Positions 17,402 to 20,000 of a DNA stretch of 20,000 nucleotides are shown here, in pieces. The notes under the pieces are model-generated. The model saw only the letters and a program-made list of their open reading frames with translations. It did not search any database and was not told where the DNA came from. Where the stretch lies: the IMG/VR virus record IMGVR_UViG_3300024324_000019. One strand, written 5' to 3'. Both the position numbers and the translations under genes were made by a program. This DNA is from an uncultured virus (IMG/VR IMGVR_UViG_3300024324_000019) (taxonomy: Duplodnaviria > Heunggongvirae > Uroviricota > Caudoviricetes). Numbering within the stretch: position 1 is the first letter of the stretch; each line of letters begins with the position of its first letter.

Positions 17402-17584
17402 ATGAAAGAAATATGGTGCCATTATTGCGCCGAATGGGTTGAAGAACCTGATTTTGAAGCGCATATGAATAAAGACCTCAAGACTGAAAGCAAACTGGAA
17501 GACATTGTGAACGCTATGAAAACAACATGCTCGTATAGAGAACGGTTCATAAAGGAGGGCTCTGACAATCGGATTCGGAGGTAA
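17402..17584 (+). CDS. Small hypothetical protein with CxxC...H (possible zinc finger), 60 aa
   Basis: RBS ggag at 17391-17394, ATG 17402; 'WCHYCAEWVEEPDFEAH'; 3' end overlaps the gp15 RBS and start. Confidence 0.55.
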   Translation: MKEIWCHYCAEWVEEPDFEAHMNKDLKTESKLEDIVNAMKTTCSYRERFIKEGSDNRIRR

Positions 17585-18440
17585 CAAATATTTCGACCAT
17601 GAGTCGATACGCAAATATATCATTATCTTTGGGCGGCTTTTCAACGATCTCACAATCGAACGAGTAGACAATCAAGGTGTTCGTCAACAGACGATACAGG
17701 TTCCTATTGCGTATGGACCACGCGAGAAATTTTTAGTCAGGTTGAACACCGACCCAGACCTTAATCGTGATGTGGCTATTCAGCTACCACGAATGGGTTT
17801 TGAGATCACAGGCATGACCTATTCACCAGAACGGGCTAAACAGTCAAGTCAACGAAACGTGACTAACTCGACAACAGACCCACAAAAACTATTGTCTCAG
17901 TATGTCGGTGTGCCGTATGATATCGAAATGTCCTTGTCTATCATGGTCAAAAACGCCAACGACGGTGCACAAATCGTTCAACAGATTCTACCGTACTTTA
18001 CCCCAGATTGGACTGTCTCCGCTAACATGATACCAGAAATGGGATTCAAGACGGATATTCCTATCGTGCTGGTATCAACGGCTGTAGAAGATGCCTATGA
18101 GGGTGACTTTCAAACACGACGGGCTTTGATATGGACCCTTGATTTTCAGATCAAAGCATATCTATATGGACCAGTGAAGTCAGCCGAAGTTATCAAGCGA
18201 GTGATTACAGACACATTCATTCCCGCTTCCGATGGTACTGAAACGATTCCAGACACAGCCATTGGTTCGACAGCGACAGCCTCACGAATTGTCACAACAC
18301 CAGGTCTATTAGCAGACGGAACACCAACAACCAACTCCGCTGCTTCGGTTGCAACTTCTACCATTGATGCCTCGGATGATTTCGGTTTTGCCCAAGACTT
18401 TACATTTTTTGATGATGGCACTAAACATGATACGGAATAA
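17568..18440 (+). CDS. gp15: Tail sheath stabiliser / tail terminator gp15; probable non-canonical ATC start
   Basis: The frame of ORF 17742..18440 stays open back to TAA 17550-17552 and encodes the conserved N-terminus 'YFDHESIRKYIIIFGRLFNDL.I.R....IQVPIAYGPREKFL.RL'; downstream 'LPRMGFEI', 'QILPYFTP', 'RRALIWTL.F..K.YLYGP'. AGGAGG at 17553-17558. Confidence 0.92.
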   Translation: MGFGGNKYFDHESIRKYIIIFGRLFNDLTIERVDNQGVRQQTIQVPIAYGPREKFLVRLNTDPDLNRDVAIQLPRMGFEITGMTYSPERAKQSSQRNVTNSTTDPQKLLSQYVGVPYDIEMSLSIMVKNANDGAQIVQQILPYFTPDWTVSANMIPEMGFKTDIPIVLVSTAVEDAYEGDFQTRRALIWTLDFQIKAYLYGPVKSAEVIKRVITDTFIPASDGTETIPDTAIGSTATASRIVTTPGLLADGTPTTNSAASVATSTIDASDDFGFAQDFTFFDDGTKHDTE

Positions 18441-18442
18441 TT

Positions 18443-18856
18443 ATGACAAAATTTAATGACTCGTTTGAGGATACCCTGGGGCTGCCCCCTATTGTTATTG
18501 ATGCAGAAGAAAAAGCCATTGTGGTAATAGAAGAACCAACTGTGGCTGATGAACAAATTGATGCGGATACAGAGCTTGCAAGAGCCAACATTATTGATGC
18601 GGTCGAACAGGGTTCTCTTGTTCTTGGCTCCGCTGTTGAAGTAGCCCAAGACTCAGAACACCCAAGAGCGTTTGAGGTGGTCGGTGGTCTTATCAAGAAT
18701 ATCGTTGATGGTAACCTTGCGCTGCTAGATTTACAGACGAAAAAGAAAGCACTAAAAGAGAGAGGTCCAAAAGCACCCGAGTCACAAGTGACGAATAACA
18801 ACCTAGTAATGTCAACAGACGACATTCAGAAAATGCTATTAGGAGATAAAAAATGA
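18443..18856 (+). CDS. gp16: Terminase small subunit gp16
   Basis: 'D.ELARANI...VEQG...L....EVA..SEHPRAFEV...LIKN....N..LLDLQ.K.K' and 'TNNNL..ST..IQKML'; follows gp15. Confidence 0.93.
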   Translation: MTKFNDSFEDTLGLPPIVIDAEEKAIVVIEEPTVADEQIDADTELARANIIDAVEQGSLVLGSAVEVAQDSEHPRAFEVVGGLIKNIVDGNLALLDLQTKKKALKERGPKAPESQVTNNNLVMSTDDIQKMLLGDKK

Positions 18857-18996
18857 AATTCACCGACTGGAAACGCACACCATACAAAGAGCCTGAAACC
18901 ACAGCCGAGGAAATTTCAGAAATCAAAAAGCAAATGAACGCTGGTAAAATCGGTAAGGTTCGCGGTCAGACCATGATAGGCAATCTAAGCAAATGA
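18853..18996 (+). CDS. Small hypothetical protein (47 aa; not in the ORF track)
   Basis: MKFTDWKRTPYKEPETTAEEISEIKKQMNAGKIGKVRGQTMIGNLSK; RBS aggag at 18841-18845; ATGA overlaps with both gp16 and the next gene. Confidence 0.75.
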   Translation: MKFTDWKRTPYKEPETTAEEISEIKKQMNAGKIGKVRGQTMIGNLSK

Positions 18997-19571
18997 GCCT
19001 ATACAAAATACAGACCAAGTTCCTTCAATGGTTCTCGCATATCAAGGTGTACAAGACCCCGCTATGGCTCACAGTAGGCCCAACCTCTTACAAACTCAAG
19101 GGCGATGACTACTATTCGGTGCGTGACCAATTGCGTCCCGGTGATATCTTGCTGCGTGGCTATGACAACTACCTTGATGGGTTCTTCATTCCTGGCAAAT
19201 ATTCCCATGCTGGAATCTATGTCGGTGACGAGAAGGTTATTCATGCCATGACACCCGCTGTCCAGTACACCAATCTGGTTGATTGGATGCGCTGCGACCG
19301 TATGGCTATAGTGCGCCCTAACGTGTCTCACTCATGGTGCGAAATGGCTGTTGAAGATGCCATCGGTTACCTGGGCGTACCATATGATTACAACTTTGAC
19401 TTTGGGAACACGGCTGATGTTCGGTTCTCTTGCTCTGAATTGGTCTATAAATGTTACAAGCCCGTTCGTAAAGAATTGGGTTGGGATCTAAAGAACGCAG
19501 GACTTGGCAAGATGGTATTCACACCCGACGATTGCTTGAAAGGCGAAGTCACCGTTATAGAGGAATTGTAA
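18993..19571 (+). CDS. Permuted papain-like amidase (YiiX/YebB-like, NlpC/P60 superfamily)
   Basis: 'LRPGDILL', 'YSHAGIYVG...VIHA', 'LGVPYD..F', 'CSELV..CY', 'TPDD': His precedes the catalytic Cys, the permuted order. Confidence 0.85.
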   Translation: MSLYKIQTKFLQWFSHIKVYKTPLWLTVGPTSYKLKGDDYYSVRDQLRPGDILLRGYDNYLDGFFIPGKYSHAGIYVGDEKVIHAMTPAVQYTNLVDWMRCDRMAIVRPNVSHSWCEMAVEDAIGYLGVPYDYNFDFGNTADVRFSCSELVYKCYKPVRKELGWDLKNAGLGKMVFTPDDCLKGEVTVIEEL

Positions 19572-19572
19572 C

Positions 19573-20000
19573 ATGTTGAAATTTAGCGAGTACCTACCAG
19601 AGCTTTTCAATAAATCTGAATTTATCACATGGATAAAACAGAAATACGATCATTGGAAGGGCACAGCAACCACCCCAGGTGGTCAGAAAATTATGATAAA
19701 TATTTTCATGGAAAATGAACGGGAAATGTCATGGGAACTGGTTTTTTCTGTTGGTAATTCCATGGCGAAAACAGGCAAGGGTGAATCTTTACCTGTATTC
19801 TCGACGGTCATCAAGGGTCTTGAACAATTTTTGAGAGAGAGAAAAAATGATGTATCGATCCTAACCTTTGATGCCGCAAAAGAAATGTCGGAAAAGGAAG
19901 GCTCACGTGGTAAACTATACAGTTCACTCATAAAGCGATTTGCCAAAAAACATGGGTTTGAATTGCATGATAGGGTAGCACCAAGAGTCATTGAATACAA
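19573..20000 (+). CDS. Hypothetical protein, 3'-truncated; N-terminus resembles T4-like head-packaged proteins
   Basis: RBS gagga; ATG 19573; open to the window end: MLKFSEYLPELFNK...TGKGESLPVFSTV...SRGKLYSSLIKRF. Absent from the ORF track because no stop lies in the window. Confidence 0.75.
   Translation, partial: MLKFSEYLPELFNKSEFITWIKQKYDHWKGTATTPGGQKIMINIFMENEREMSWELVFSVGNSMAKTGKGESLPVFSTVIKGLEQFLRERKNDVSILTFDAAKEMSEKEGSRGKLYSSLIKRFAKKHGFELHDRVAPRVIEY

Noticed and set aside
17742..18440. ORF-track start of gp15 at TTG 17742
   Set aside because: It would remove 58 codons including conserved N-terminal motifs and has no convincing RBS.
1422..19331. Numerous minus-strand and alternative-frame ORFs (e.g. 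4654-5100, 11786-12289, 13283-13843, 18146-18649)
   Set aside because: They lie within well-supported plus-strand genes and have no recognisable motifs; expected antisense shadows.
19683..20000. Minus-strand 105-aa ORF
   Set aside because: Shadow of the plus-strand gene starting at 19573, which has an RBS and operon context.
1..20000. Stop-codon reassignment
   Set aside because: Genes end in TAA, TGA and TAG at sensible boundaries and core genes are full length under the standard code.

Overview
This is a gene-dense, almost entirely plus-strand late (virion morphogenesis) region of a large T4-like myophage. The assignment rests on recognisable gp13, gp14, gp15 and gp16 homologs and on T4-type late promoters (TATAAATA). 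Order: 3' part of a very large DUF4815-like virion protein; a ~10.5 kb tail-fibre/receptor-binding block containing a diverged duplicate of a three-gene cassette (fibre-tip domain, small chaperone, LamG-like protein) plus small membrane proteins; gp13; a GIY-YIG homing endonuclease; gp14; an antisense HNH/NUMOD3 endonuclease; a small CxxC ORF; gp15; gp16; then three non-core genes (one a permuted papain-like amidase) where gp17 would normally follow. Most notable: (1) the HNH cassette has two face-to-face late promoters around a hairpin-forming leader; (2) a hairpin upstream of gp13 holds the late promoter in its loop and the RBS in its stem; (3) gp15 has no canonical start codon for its conserved N-terminus and appears to begin at ATC; (4) the duplicated fibre cassettes keep exact DNA tracts at a constant 5135-bp offset around variable modules. 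All family assignments come from motif recognition by eye, not database searches.
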